Position numbers and translations under genes: made by a program. From IMG/VR virus record IMGVR_UViG_3300033067_001968, positions 1-27,768 of that record: a stretch of DNA of 27,768 nt. One strand, given 5' to 3'. Below, piece after piece: positions 1 to 8,463 of the stretch. Every line of letters starts with the position of its first letter. Position 1 is the first letter of the stretch. The notes under the pieces are model-generated. The model had not been told where the DNA came from. It saw only the letters and a list, made by a program, of their open reading frames with translations, and did no database searches. The stretch is from a virus. Taxonomy: Duplodnaviria; Caudoviricetes.

Positions 1-140
1 GGAGGAGCGCGCGCAGCATCGTTCGGTTTCGGTAGCGGCCCCCCGGCGTAACAGTGCGGAGGGCTCCGTGGCCGGAGGGGGGCGATTTTCCACGCAAACG
101 GCCGTGAAATCCGAAGTTGTAACCCCCGAGCGTTCCCCCA

Positions 141-743
141 ATGAAACGTAATCAGGGCGCCGTCCTCCTGGCCCGCACCGGCCTCGCGCAAGAGGTCGTC
201 GCGGCCGTCGTCGGCAAGTCGCGCGTCACCGTCTCGAACTGGATGAACGCCCGGAAGCGTCCCGACGAGGCCTCGCGCGCCGTGCTCGCGGAGCGCTACG
301 GGATCCCCGTGACGGCGTGGGACGAAGAGCCTCCGAAGCGCGCGCCGAAGGCATCCCCGGTGTCGCCGGTGGCCCCTGTCGCGCCGAGCTCGCCGATCCT
401 TGCGCATGGAGCGGGCCATGGGGCCACGGTCCCGGACCAGGTTCTGAGCATGGCCGACGAGCTTATGGGCGACCTTCGCCAAGGGCTGGACGAGCTCCGG
501 AAGGACTCCGACGCGCTCCCGCTGGAGAAGGCCCGCGTACGCGCGTCGCTCGGGCAGACCTTGGCCATCTTGGGCAAGATGACCGGCGCGTTCGACCTCG
601 GGGCTCGGTTTTTCAAGCTCCCCCTTTGGCGCGAGGTCGAGCAAGCCTTGGCCCGAGGTCTCGCGGGGCATCCCGAGGCGGCGGCGGCCGTTGCCGCCGA
701 GCTGCGGCGCGTCGAAATGGAGTCGGGTTACAAACGAACGTAA
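141..743 (+). CDS. HTH (XRE-like) DNA-binding protein, probable terminase small subunit
   Basis: N-terminal HTH-like segment (LAQEVVAAVVGKSRVTVSNWMNARKRP), Pro-rich linker, helical C-terminal domain; lies directly upstream of TerL. Confidence 0.6.
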   Translation: MKRNQGAVLLARTGLAQEVVAAVVGKSRVTVSNWMNARKRPDEASRAVLAERYGIPVTAWDEEPPKRAPKASPVSPVAPVAPSSPILAHGAGHGATVPDQVLSMADELMGDLRQGLDELRKDSDALPLEKARVRASLGQTLAILGKMTGAFDLGARFFKLPLWREVEQALARGLAGHPEAAAAVAAELRRVEMESGYKRT

Positions 744-826
744 CCGGGGGGCCGTAACCCTGTTTCGCAACCTCGTTTGCGCGCGGCGTGTGGAACGGTC
801 CTGGTGTGGCCGGAGGCGTCGCACAC

Positions 827-2437
827 ATGGGGGCTCGGGGCTCGCGACGGCGCGAGCGAAACCCGTTTGGTGCGTTGGCGCATGTGGCCGAGCGGATCGC
901 CACTCGTGGTCGCGAACATTCGTGGCCTTCGCCGAAGTACCGACGAGACCCGGTGCGCTTCGCTCGAGAGGTGCTCGGCGTCCAGGTGACCGACGCGCTC
1001 CGGAACTTCCTCGTTGCGCTCTTGGGCAACCGAAATGTCACGTGGCGCTCGGGACACAAAACCGGAAAGACCACGGCTTTCGCCGTGGCGGCCCTCTGGT
1101 TTTTTTGCTCGTTCGAGCGCGCGTGCGTGCCGATCGTCGCGGTCAAAGAGGCCCAGATCGACTTCGGGGTCTACAAGGAGCTTCGCCGGTTGCATCGCGG
1201 CGCGCTCATCCCGATCGGCGGCGAGCTCCACGCGACGTGCCGCGGTGGCCTGCACGAGGCCTCCGACGACCGGAAGGTTTGGGGCATGACCGCCCAGAAG
1301 CCCGAGGGTGTCCAGGGCATCAGCGGGCCGAACGTGCTCGTTCTCGTCGACGAGGCGAGCGGCGTTCCTGACCCCGTGCTCGAGGCGATCGGTACGTCGA
1401 CGGCGGGCTCTGGCGGGTTCGTGCGCAAGGCCTACGCGGGCAACCCGACGCGTACGAGCGGCGGGTTCTACCGCTCGCACCACGCCGAGAAGGCGAATTG
1501 GTTTTGCCTGCACACGAGCTCGGAGGACACGCCGAACGCTCGCGGAGCGACGGGCGCCGACGTTGTGCCCGGGCTCGCCGGGCCGGACTGGATCGCCGAG
1601 TGGAAGGCGAACCCCGGCGAGGATTCGCCCGAGTACGCGATCCGAGTGAAGGGCGAGTTCCACTCGGGTGCTGAGGGCAAGGTCGTCGCGGCCGAGGCCA
1701 TCAACACCGCGGAAGCGCTCTGGGATGCGACGGCGTTCGAGGGGCAGCTCCAGATCGGCATCGACCCCGCGGGCGACAAGACCACGAATGACGAGACGGC
1801 GATTGCCGTGCGCCGCGGGCTCAAGATCGGAACGCTGCTCACGTGGCGAGGGCTCACGCCCGACGGCATCGTGGAGAACGCGCTCGCGCTGCTCGAGTCT
1901 CATCGGCTCCCGCGCGAGGCGAAGCCGAGGATCGCGCTCGACGCGGAGGGCGTGATCGGCATCGACGTCGAGCGCGCGCTTCGGGCGCGTCTCCTTCGGG
2001 ACCCCGAGGCCTTCGAGCTCGTCATCGTTCGTGGCTCGAAGATGCCGCGGCAAGGCGGCGGCTCGAAATACCAGCTTCTTCGCGACGAGGTGTGGGGCGA
2101 GTTCCGAGACTGGGTCGAGGCCGGCGGCGCGATTCCCACGCGCTCGAAGCTTCGCCAGGATCTCAACGCGCCCGACTTCGTGAACGTCCTGTGCAAGGAC
2201 GGACGCGAGCGGCTTTCCGCCACGCCCAAGAAGGACCTCAAGAAGATCCTTGGTCGCTCGCCTGACGAGGGTGACGCGGCGACGCTCTCGGTCTACGGCT
2301 GGCAGTCCGCGAGCACGGAGGCCGACGAGATCGAGGCGGCGGCGGCGGCCGACGCGACGGCCGTTCCTCACGTTGACGACTTCGACGCGCCCGGCGCGCT
2401 CAACCCGTACGACGGCCTGGCCGTGTGGGGCGGGTGA
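827..2437 (+). CDS. terL: Terminase large subunit
   Basis: DPVRFAREVLG N-terminus, Walker A SGHKTGKT, Walker B VLVLVDEASG, GNP coupling motif, RNase H-like IGIDPA...D and final SPDEGDA. Start placed at ATG 827 behind GGAGG (812-816). Confidence 0.93.
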   Translation: MGARGSRRRERNPFGALAHVAERIATRGREHSWPSPKYRRDPVRFAREVLGVQVTDALRNFLVALLGNRNVTWRSGHKTGKTTAFAVAALWFFCSFERACVPIVAVKEAQIDFGVYKELRRLHRGALIPIGGELHATCRGGLHEASDDRKVWGMTAQKPEGVQGISGPNVLVLVDEASGVPDPVLEAIGTSTAGSGGFVRKAYAGNPTRTSGGFYRSHHAEKANWFCLHTSSEDTPNARGATGADVVPGLAGPDWIAEWKANPGEDSPEYAIRVKGEFHSGAEGKVVAAEAINTAEALWDATAFEGQLQIGIDPAGDKTTNDETAIAVRRGLKIGTLLTWRGLTPDGIVENALALLESHRLPREAKPRIALDAEGVIGIDVERALRARLLRDPEAFELVIVRGSKMPRQGGGSKYQLLRDEVWGEFRDWVEAGGAIPTRSKLRQDLNAPDFVNVLCKDGRERLSATPKKDLKKILGRSPDEGDAATLSVYGWQSASTEADEIEAAAAADATAVPHVDDFDAPGALNPYDGLAVWGG

Positions 2438-4038
2438 TGGGCGTACGGGAGAACATCCGCGACGCGGTGGCCGCGCTCTTGGGCGTGTCGGCGTTCGCCG
2501 CTGCGCCCGCGACGGCGCCGAGCTTCGGAGACGAGCAGGTCGACGCGCGCCTGAAGGCGCTCGGCGGTCAGGTCTCGCCGCTCCCGACAACGCGGCTTCG
2601 GTGGTACCTGCGCGATCTCGAAAGCGCGCAGTACGCGGCGGACACCGGCGACCTTTCGATCGCGGCGCAGATCACGAGCGCGGCTCTCGGCGACGGCTTT
2701 TTGCGCGGCGTGCTCTCGGCGCGCATGGGCGGCGTGACGAAGCTTCCTCGGACGTGGGCGGGCGACGAAGAGCAGATCGCGGCGCTCACGCAGATCGACG
2801 GCGCGCGCTCCGTCTTCGACGACATGCTCCCGGCGTCCGAGCTCGCGGCGATGGCGACCGACGGGCTCATGCTCGGCGTAGCCGTTGGTCAGCTCGTGCC
2901 GGTGCCTGGGCGCGACTTCCCGGTGCTGGTCCGACTCGAGCCCGAGTTCTTGCGATTCCGCTGGTCGGAAAACCGGTGGTACTACGCGAGCGTAGCGGGG
3001 CTTTTGCCAATCACGCCCGGCGACGGGCGATGGGTGCTCCACATCGAGGCGGGCCGCGTGTCGCCGTGGCGATACGGCCTCTGGCGGGCCATCGGGGCCG
3101 CCTACATCGAGAAATCACACGCGAAGCTGAACAACTCGAATTGGGAGGGCAAGCTCGCGAACCCGGCGCGCGCGGCGGTCGCCCCTCAGGGCGCAACCGA
3201 AGCGCAGCGCCTCGGCTTCCTCCAGAAACTCATCGCGTGGGGAATCAATACGGTCATCGAACTTCCGCCCGGCTGGGATGTGAAGATGATCGAGTCGAAC
3301 GGCCGCGGCTACGAGTCGTTCATCGCGACCATCGAGCGCGCCAACATCGAGTACATGGTGTGTGTTCTCGGGCAGGTCGGCACCACTACCAGTTCTGGCG
3401 CGTTCTCCTCGGGGAACGTTCACGAGCAGGTGCGCGCCGACCTGATTGCGGCGACCGCCACCTCTCTCGCTCACACGATCAACACGCAGTGCCTTCCCCC
3501 GTGGGTGATCTCGCGGTGGGGCGTGGGGGGCCTACAGCGCGCCGCGGTGCTCACGTACGATACGACCTCGCCCGCCGAGCTTGTCTCGCGCGCGAACGGG
3601 CTCGTCGCGATCGGGGGCGCCCTCGAGAAGGGGAACGCTGCCCTTGCCGGCGACGGCAAGCGCATCGACGCGGTGGCCGAGTATCGGCGCTTTGGCGTCG
3701 CGGTGGTCGACGCGGCCGGTGGTCCCGCGGTCGCTCCAGCGGTGACGCCGGCGAAGCCATCGGAAGGCGCGCCGAAGCTCTCGCTCGTGGAGAGCACCGT
3801 CGACGCGGATGAGCCCCCCGGTCTCAGCGGAGCGGCGAAGCTCGCCGAGGAGATGACCGAGCACGGCGTCCCTCGCTGCGAGCACGGGAGCTCGAACCGG
3901 TGCCGCCTTTGCGGCGTCGAGCGCGTGCGCGTGCTCATTCCCGGGAAGAACGGCGCGCACTCTTGGGGCGTGGCGTGGCAGCCGATCGGCGGGACGCCAG
4001 AGCCCGAGGACTCGGGAGAGCTCGAGGCGGCATCATGA
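2437..4038 (+). CDS. Portal protein (Mu gp29/DUF935-like) with C-terminal Cys/His extension
   Basis: TGATG coupling to terL, 533 aa, position between TerL and protease; LPPGWDVKMIE...VLGQ...GNVHEQVRADLI resembles DUF935 portals. Confidence 0.8.
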   Translation: MGVRENIRDAVAALLGVSAFAAAPATAPSFGDEQVDARLKALGGQVSPLPTTRLRWYLRDLESAQYAADTGDLSIAAQITSAALGDGFLRGVLSARMGGVTKLPRTWAGDEEQIAALTQIDGARSVFDDMLPASELAAMATDGLMLGVAVGQLVPVPGRDFPVLVRLEPEFLRFRWSENRWYYASVAGLLPITPGDGRWVLHIEAGRVSPWRYGLWRAIGAAYIEKSHAKLNNSNWEGKLANPARAAVAPQGATEAQRLGFLQKLIAWGINTVIELPPGWDVKMIESNGRGYESFIATIERANIEYMVCVLGQVGTTTSSGAFSSGNVHEQVRADLIAATATSLAHTINTQCLPPWVISRWGVGGLQRAAVLTYDTTSPAELVSRANGLVAIGGALEKGNAALAGDGKRIDAVAEYRRFGVAVVDAAGGPAVAPAVTPAKPSEGAPKLSLVESTVDADEPPGLSGAAKLAEEMTEHGVPRCEHGSSNRCRLCGVERVRVLIPGKNGAHSWGVAWQPIGGTPEPEDSGELEAAS

Positions 4039-5180
4039 AGGCCCGAAGCATCCGCGCTGCGATCGCGCTCGCTCGTGACGACTCCCGCACCGTCGAGAGG
4101 CCGGGGCCCGGCAAGGCTCCGACTGCCTTTCGCATCTGGAAGGCCGGCCCGAACGTCACCGACCACGGGACGCACACCCTTTCGGCTGCGAGCGTGAGAG
4201 CGATTCTCTCGACGCAAGCGGCCCGTGGAAACCTGTTTTCGATCGACGTCGACCACCTTTCGCTTTCGCCGGACGCGCCCCCCGAGGCGCGAAAGTCGGT
4301 CGGCTGGATGCGACTCGCCTCGAGGCCCGACGAGGCGGGCGAGCCCGAGCTTTGGGCCGTCGACGTCGAGTGGACCGACACCATCCGGGCCGGGCTCGAA
4401 AAGGACCCTCCCGAGTGGCGCTATTTCTCGCCCGCCTACGACTGCGACAAGGGCGGTGAGATCACTCGGTATCTGAACACGGCGCTAACGAACAACCCGG
4501 CGACGTGGCGGGTAACCGCGCTCGCTACTGCACCAAAGGAATCGTCCATGACCATCGAAGAGCTGATCGCCGAGCTTCAAAAGCTCGCCGACGCGGGCGA
4601 CGAGAAAGCCAAAAAGGCACTCCTCTCGCTGGCGGAGCCCACCAGCGAAACCACCACCTCGGAGACGACCGCCGAAGAGACCAAGACGGCATCTTCGGAC
4701 GCTCCTCCGGGCGAGGAGAAGAAAGAGCCTCCGGTGGCCGCGACCCTCGCCACCATCCTCGCGACGGTGCAGGGGCTCGCGCAGAAGGTCTCGAGCCTCG
4801 AGGCCGACAAGGAGCAGACCGAGCGCGCCGGGCTCATCGCGTCTCGGCCGGACCTCGCGAAGGAAGTCGTTTCGGTGCTCGCGAAGGCGCCGATCTCGCT
4901 TCTCCGCGAGGCCGTCAAGACGATCCCCGTCACGCAGCGCAACCCCGCGGCGGCCGCGCAGGCCGACGTGAAGGCGAGCGTGGGCGCGACGCAGGGGGCG
5001 ACCGTGTCGAGCCAGTCGCCCGACGCTGCGGAGATGGACCGCCGCATGGGGCTTGCCCCCCGCTCGGCCGCGGTGGTCGACCGTGGTGACGTACTCGTGT
5101 TCGGCACGATGCGCCCGGCCGATGCCCAGGCCTCCATCGCTCGACGGGCCGCGCAGGCCAGCAAGGACGGTGCGAAATGA
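4035..5180 (+). CDS. Mu gpI-like prohead protease fused to scaffold
   Basis: ATGA coupling to portal; Mu-I motifs IDVDH, GWM, VEWT, WRYFSPAY, ALTNNPA; acidic/helical C-terminal half. Confidence 0.88.
   Translation: MKARSIRAAIALARDDSRTVERPGPGKAPTAFRIWKAGPNVTDHGTHTLSAASVRAILSTQAARGNLFSIDVDHLSLSPDAPPEARKSVGWMRLASRPDEAGEPELWAVDVEWTDTIRAGLEKDPPEWRYFSPAYDCDKGGEITRYLNTALTNNPATWRVTALATAPKESSMTIEELIAELQKLADAGDEKAKKALLSLAEPTSETTTSETTAEETKTASSDAPPGEEKKEPPVAATLATILATVQGLAQKVSSLEADKEQTERAGLIASRPDLAKEVVSVLAKAPISLLREAVKTIPVTQRNPAAAAQADVKASVGATQGATVSSQSPDAAEMDRRMGLAPRSAAVVDRGDVLVFGTMRPADAQASIARRAAQASKDGAK
4548..5180 (+). CDS. Nested in-frame scaffold protein (Mu gpZ-like internal start)
   Basis: AAGGA RBS at 4536-4540 before in-frame ATG 4548, just after the protease domain ends. 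Confidence 0.65.
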   Translation: MTIEELIAELQKLADAGDEKAKKALLSLAEPTSETTTSETTAEETKTASSDAPPGEEKKEPPVAATLATILATVQGLAQKVSSLEADKEQTERAGLIASRPDLAKEVVSVLAKAPISLLREAVKTIPVTQRNPAAAAQADVKASVGATQGATVSSQSPDAAEMDRRMGLAPRSAAVVDRGDVLVFGTMRPADAQASIARRAAQASKDGAK

Positions 5181-5914
5181 CCGCTCAGGTTCGGGACCAA
5201 GATCGTCCCTTCAAGTTCTTCCGTGACATCACGCTTCTTCTCGCCGTCGGCGCGATTGCGTTCAAGGGCGCCCGCGCTTGCCTCAACGGGGCAGGCAAGG
5301 TCGTTCCGGCGAGCTCGGACCCCAACCAGCAAGCGATCGGCACGTTCAACCGCGGCGTGAACGCCACGGCTGCCGAAAAGCCGGTGTCCGTCGACCTCGG
5401 GCGAGAGGTGCGCGCCGAGTGGTGGCCGAACGCCACGGCCGGCGATGCGGTGCTCGCGTCCGACGTCGGCAAGCTCTGCTACCACCTCGACGACAACACC
5501 GTCACCATCACCGCGGCGAACCGGTCGATCGCCGGTCGCGTGTGGGAGGTGCACCCCACGAAGGGCGTGCTCGTCGAAAAGCTCGACGTCCCCAAGCAGC
5601 TCGCGCCGCTTCCAACGCCGATCGCCTTCGTGGCGAACGACTACGTGCTCACCGCGGCCGCAACGATCCAAGATGCGGTCTACGACGTCCCCGTCACGGC
5701 GGGCGTGTCGACCGTCACGCTTCCATCGGGCGCCCCCGACGGCACGCGGGTCTTCTTTGCCGCCGACGGCACGAAGAACGGCCACACGGTCCAATACCGT
5801 GACGCCACCGGTCCGACCAACCTGACAACTGCCCTCCTCGCATCGAAGCGCCACCTCGTGGCGGCGGTGAAGGTCGGGGGCAAGTGGGTCGCCAACGCCT
5901 ACGTGAGCCCCTGA
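5177..5914 (+). CDS. Capsid decoration/cement protein with extra C-terminal beta domain
   Basis: Between scaffold and capsid genes; DVGKLCY..DDNTV.....AGRV motif typical of Mu-like phage cement proteins; ATGA coupling. Confidence 0.65.
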   Translation: MTAQVRDQDRPFKFFRDITLLLAVGAIAFKGARACLNGAGKVVPASSDPNQQAIGTFNRGVNATAAEKPVSVDLGREVRAEWWPNATAGDAVLASDVGKLCYHLDDNTVTITAANRSIAGRVWEVHPTKGVLVEKLDVPKQLAPLPTPIAFVANDYVLTAAATIQDAVYDVPVTAGVSTVTLPSGAPDGTRVFFAADGTKNGHTVQYRDATGPTNLTTALLASKRHLVAAVKVGGKWVANAYVSP

Positions 5915-5927
5915 AAGGTCCTGAGCC

Positions 5928-6983
5928 ATGCCCATCGTGAATTTGCAGTTCATTCAGGACTTCGAGACGCGCTCGAAGATCATCGTGGTCGACTCGTACG
6001 AGAAGCTCGCGAAGTCGATCTGGATTTGGGACTTCATGATCGAGAAATCGACGGAGTCTCGAAAGGAGGTGCTTGCGTGGCTCCTCTCGAACGCCCAGAT
6101 CGGCGAGCTCGGCGAGGACGGCGGCCAGATGGACTACGCCGGGATCGAGCAGGTCTTGGCCGAGTTCACCACGAAGCACCACGGCCGCGGCCTCGAGGTC
6201 GAGCGCGCGCAGTTCGAGGACCTCGACGGCAACGGCCTCGACGTCGGCGCGCAGTGGATGAAGAACATCGGCGCTTACATGGCCTACTACCCGCAGAAGC
6301 TGGGTGTGCAGGCCCTGAAGGTCGGGCACGACGCGGCGAGCCTCGGGTACGACGGCGTGCCGTTCTTCAGCAACGCGCACCCGGTCAACCCGAACCGGGT
6401 TGCGGTGGGCACCTACGCGAACCTCTTCACGGGCGCCGCGTCGGGCATCTATCCGGGAGCCTGCCCGATCGATACGTCGGTTTCGGTCGAGGTCGCGTTC
6501 CAGAACCTCCAGAAGGTCGTCGCCTACGTTCGCAGCATCAAGGCGGCGAACGGCGAGGACCCCCGCGGGCTCCGTCCGCTCAAGCTCCTCGTGTCTCCCG
6601 AGAACATGGGGCGCGCGGTGCAGCTCACGAATGCCACGTTCATCGCGCAGGCGGCGACGGGCGGCGCGGGCGGCGCGGACGTCAAGGCGGTGGTCGATGC
6701 GCTCGGTCTCCTCCAGCCGGTCATCGCCGACGAGCTCGCCGGTTTCGAGAACGGCACCTCGTACTTCATCGGTTGCCAGGACGTCGCCACCACCGAGATC
6801 GGCGGCCTGGTCTACATGAAGCGCAAGGACTTCGAGATCAACTACTACGCCGGCCAGGGGGCGGGCGCGACGGGTCTCGATGCCCAACTGGCGCGCCAGC
6901 AGCGATTCGAGTGGCAGTGCCGCGGACGTATGTCCGTCGGCTACGGCCACCCGTACGAGCTCCACAAGGTCAAGGCGACCTGA
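5928..6983 (+). CDS. Major capsid protein (Mu gpT-like)
   Basis: 351 aa; GYDGVPFFSNAHP, PLKLLVSP and terminal GRMSVGYGHP motifs match the Mu gpT family; canonical position. Confidence 0.9.
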   Translation: MPIVNLQFIQDFETRSKIIVVDSYEKLAKSIWIWDFMIEKSTESRKEVLAWLLSNAQIGELGEDGGQMDYAGIEQVLAEFTTKHHGRGLEVERAQFEDLDGNGLDVGAQWMKNIGAYMAYYPQKLGVQALKVGHDAASLGYDGVPFFSNAHPVNPNRVAVGTYANLFTGAASGIYPGACPIDTSVSVEVAFQNLQKVVAYVRSIKAANGEDPRGLRPLKLLVSPENMGRAVQLTNATFIAQAATGGAGGADVKAVVDALGLLQPVIADELAGFENGTSYFIGCQDVATTEIGGLVYMKRKDFEINYYAGQGAGATGLDAQLARQQRFEWQCRGRMSVGYGHPYELHKVKAT

Positions 6984-7002
6984 AGGCAGCCCAGAACCCG
7001 CA

Positions 7003-7035
7003 CCGACCCCGGTAGGCCTCGAGCCCCGGGGTTGG
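7003..7035 (+). terminator. GC-rich stem-loop after capsid gene (attenuator or mRNA stabiliser, no U-tract)
   Basis: CCGACCCCGG (7003-7012) pairs with CCGGGGTTGG (7026-7035) with one G-U; inner GGC/GCC stem. Confidence 0.55.
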
Positions 7036-7049
7036 GGTGTCAGGAAAGC

Positions 7050-7517
7050 ATGGCGACCCCTCTGATCACCTTCGAGCAATGGCGACTCCGCACGGTCATG
7101 CCGCCGGAGAGCGTCGACGCGATCGAGATGCGTCGCCCTGGGTATGTCGCGGCTCGCCTCGCTCTTCGGACGACCGAGATTCACGCGCGGCTCGCGAAGC
7201 GCTACGCGGTCCCGTTCGCTAGCCCGGCCCCTGACGTGGCGTGCATGTGGCTCGAGCAGATCGTGACCGGCGACGCGTACGAAGCGCTTGGGTACGCGCC
7301 AGGCGCGCACGACGAGCGCATCATCGAGGCCGCGCGGGCAGCTCTCGAGGCCCTCAAGGAGGCCGCGAACAGCGAAGTCGGCTTGTACGAGCTCCCGCTG
7401 CGCGCCGATCTCGCGTCGTCGGATGGTGTCGAGCGCGGGGGCCCGCTCTTTTACTCGGAGCAGAGCCCCTATGAATGGACCGATGCCCAGGTCGCGGCCG
7501 TACGAGGCACGTCGTGA
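7050..7517 (+). CDS. Head-tail connector/adaptor (Mu gp36/DUF1320-like)
   Basis: AGGA RBS, follows capsid gene; EIHARLAKRYAVPF motif typical of gp36-like adaptors. Confidence 0.75.
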   Translation: MATPLITFEQWRLRTVMPPESVDAIEMRRPGYVAARLALRTTEIHARLAKRYAVPFASPAPDVACMWLEQIVTGDAYEALGYAPGAHDERIIEAARAALEALKEAANSEVGLYELPLRADLASSDGVERGGPLFYSEQSPYEWTDAQVAAVRGTS

Positions 7518-7930
7518 GCGGCGCCGAGGCGATGGACCAGATAGTGGCGCGCGTGGCGGCGCTGGCCGAGCTCCCGGCGCGAACCGCTGAGGAGGCGCGT
7601 GCCGCGGTCGAAGCTGCGGCGAAGGCCTCGGCGTCGGCGGGCACTACGCCCGAGGGGGAGGCGTGGGCGCCGCGCAAGTCCGACGGCGGGCGACCTCTCG
7701 CGAACGCGGCTTCGTCGATCGTCGTTCGTGTCGTCAGGGCCGCGCTCGGAACGAGCTTGCAGGTCGTGGTGCGCGGGCACCACTTCTTCCACACCGCCGG
7801 CAAGGGCTCCGGGAAGAAGGCGCATCGCAAGATCATCCCCGACGCGACGGACACCGTCCCCGCGTCGTACGCCGAAGCGATCCGCGGAGCCTCGGCCGTC
7901 GCGTTCGGCAAGATCACGGGGGGCCGATGA
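7514..7930 (+). CDS. Neck/virion morphogenesis protein (Mu gpG-like)
   Basis: GTGA coupling (alternative ATG 7532); TPEGEAWAPRKS..GRPL and RKIIP motifs. Confidence 0.65.
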   Translation: MSGAEAMDQIVARVAALAELPARTAEEARAAVEAAAKASASAGTTPEGEAWAPRKSDGGRPLANAASSIVVRVVRAALGTSLQVVVRGHHFFHTAGKGSGKKAHRKIIPDATDTVPASYAEAIRGASAVAFGKITGGR

Positions 7931-8454
7931 TTGCGGCGTCCGTCGGTCCGATCCGCGACTACTTCGCCGCGCAAGGGCTCGGCGCGACGGTCGTTTTCGG
8001 CCGACGCGCTCACCCGTCGCGCATCAACCAGGGCGCGGGCAGCGCGAACCGCGTCGTCATCCAGCCCGGCGACGACGGCGGGCGGCTCGGTCGGATTGCT
8101 CCGGCGCACCAGCCCGGCCAACGAGACCTTGGAGGCAACGACGTTGCACGGAGCCTCGCGAACTGGGAGGCCCTTTACACCGTGTTCGTGTGGGCGGCAT
8201 CGCTCTCGCGAGACGAAGAGGCCACGTTCGAGGCGGCCGAGGAACTCTTTCAGTGGGTCGTGCGCGCCTTCGCGGCGGTCTACCCGGCGGAGCACGCGTG
8301 GGGCGACATCGGGCTCGTTGTCGACCCTGCGGTGCTCGTGCACGGCACCGAATTGCGGGCCGCGCTGACCGTCCGGTTCCCGCTCTACGACGTCCCGCTC
8401 AAGCGTGTTTTCCCGAGCGGCCAGGTCAACAAAGGAACGCCCCCCGGGGCGTGA
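7927..8454 (+). CDS. Probable tail completion/terminator protein
   Basis: ATGA coupling, 175 aa, directly before sheath; function inferred from position. Confidence 0.55.
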   Translation: MIAASVGPIRDYFAAQGLGATVVFGRRAHPSRINQGAGSANRVVIQPGDDGGRLGRIAPAHQPGQRDLGGNDVARSLANWEALYTVFVWAASLSRDEEATFEAAEELFQWVVRAFAAVYPAEHAWGDIGLVVDPAVLVHGTELRAALTVRFPLYDVPLKRVFPSGQVNKGTPPGA

Positions 8455-8463
8455 GGAGTTTCG

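Noticed and set aside
141-743. CI-type immunity repressor
   Set aside because: No peptidase S24 domain or divergent cro; orientation and position before terL favour a packaging role, though a regulator is not excluded.
3900-4034. Upstream extensions given by the ORF track (e.g. starts 3900, 7663, 9450, 12466, 15823, 23899)
   Set aside because: They overlap the preceding gene with low-complexity sequence; coupled ATGA/GTGA/TGATG or RBS-backed starts fit better.
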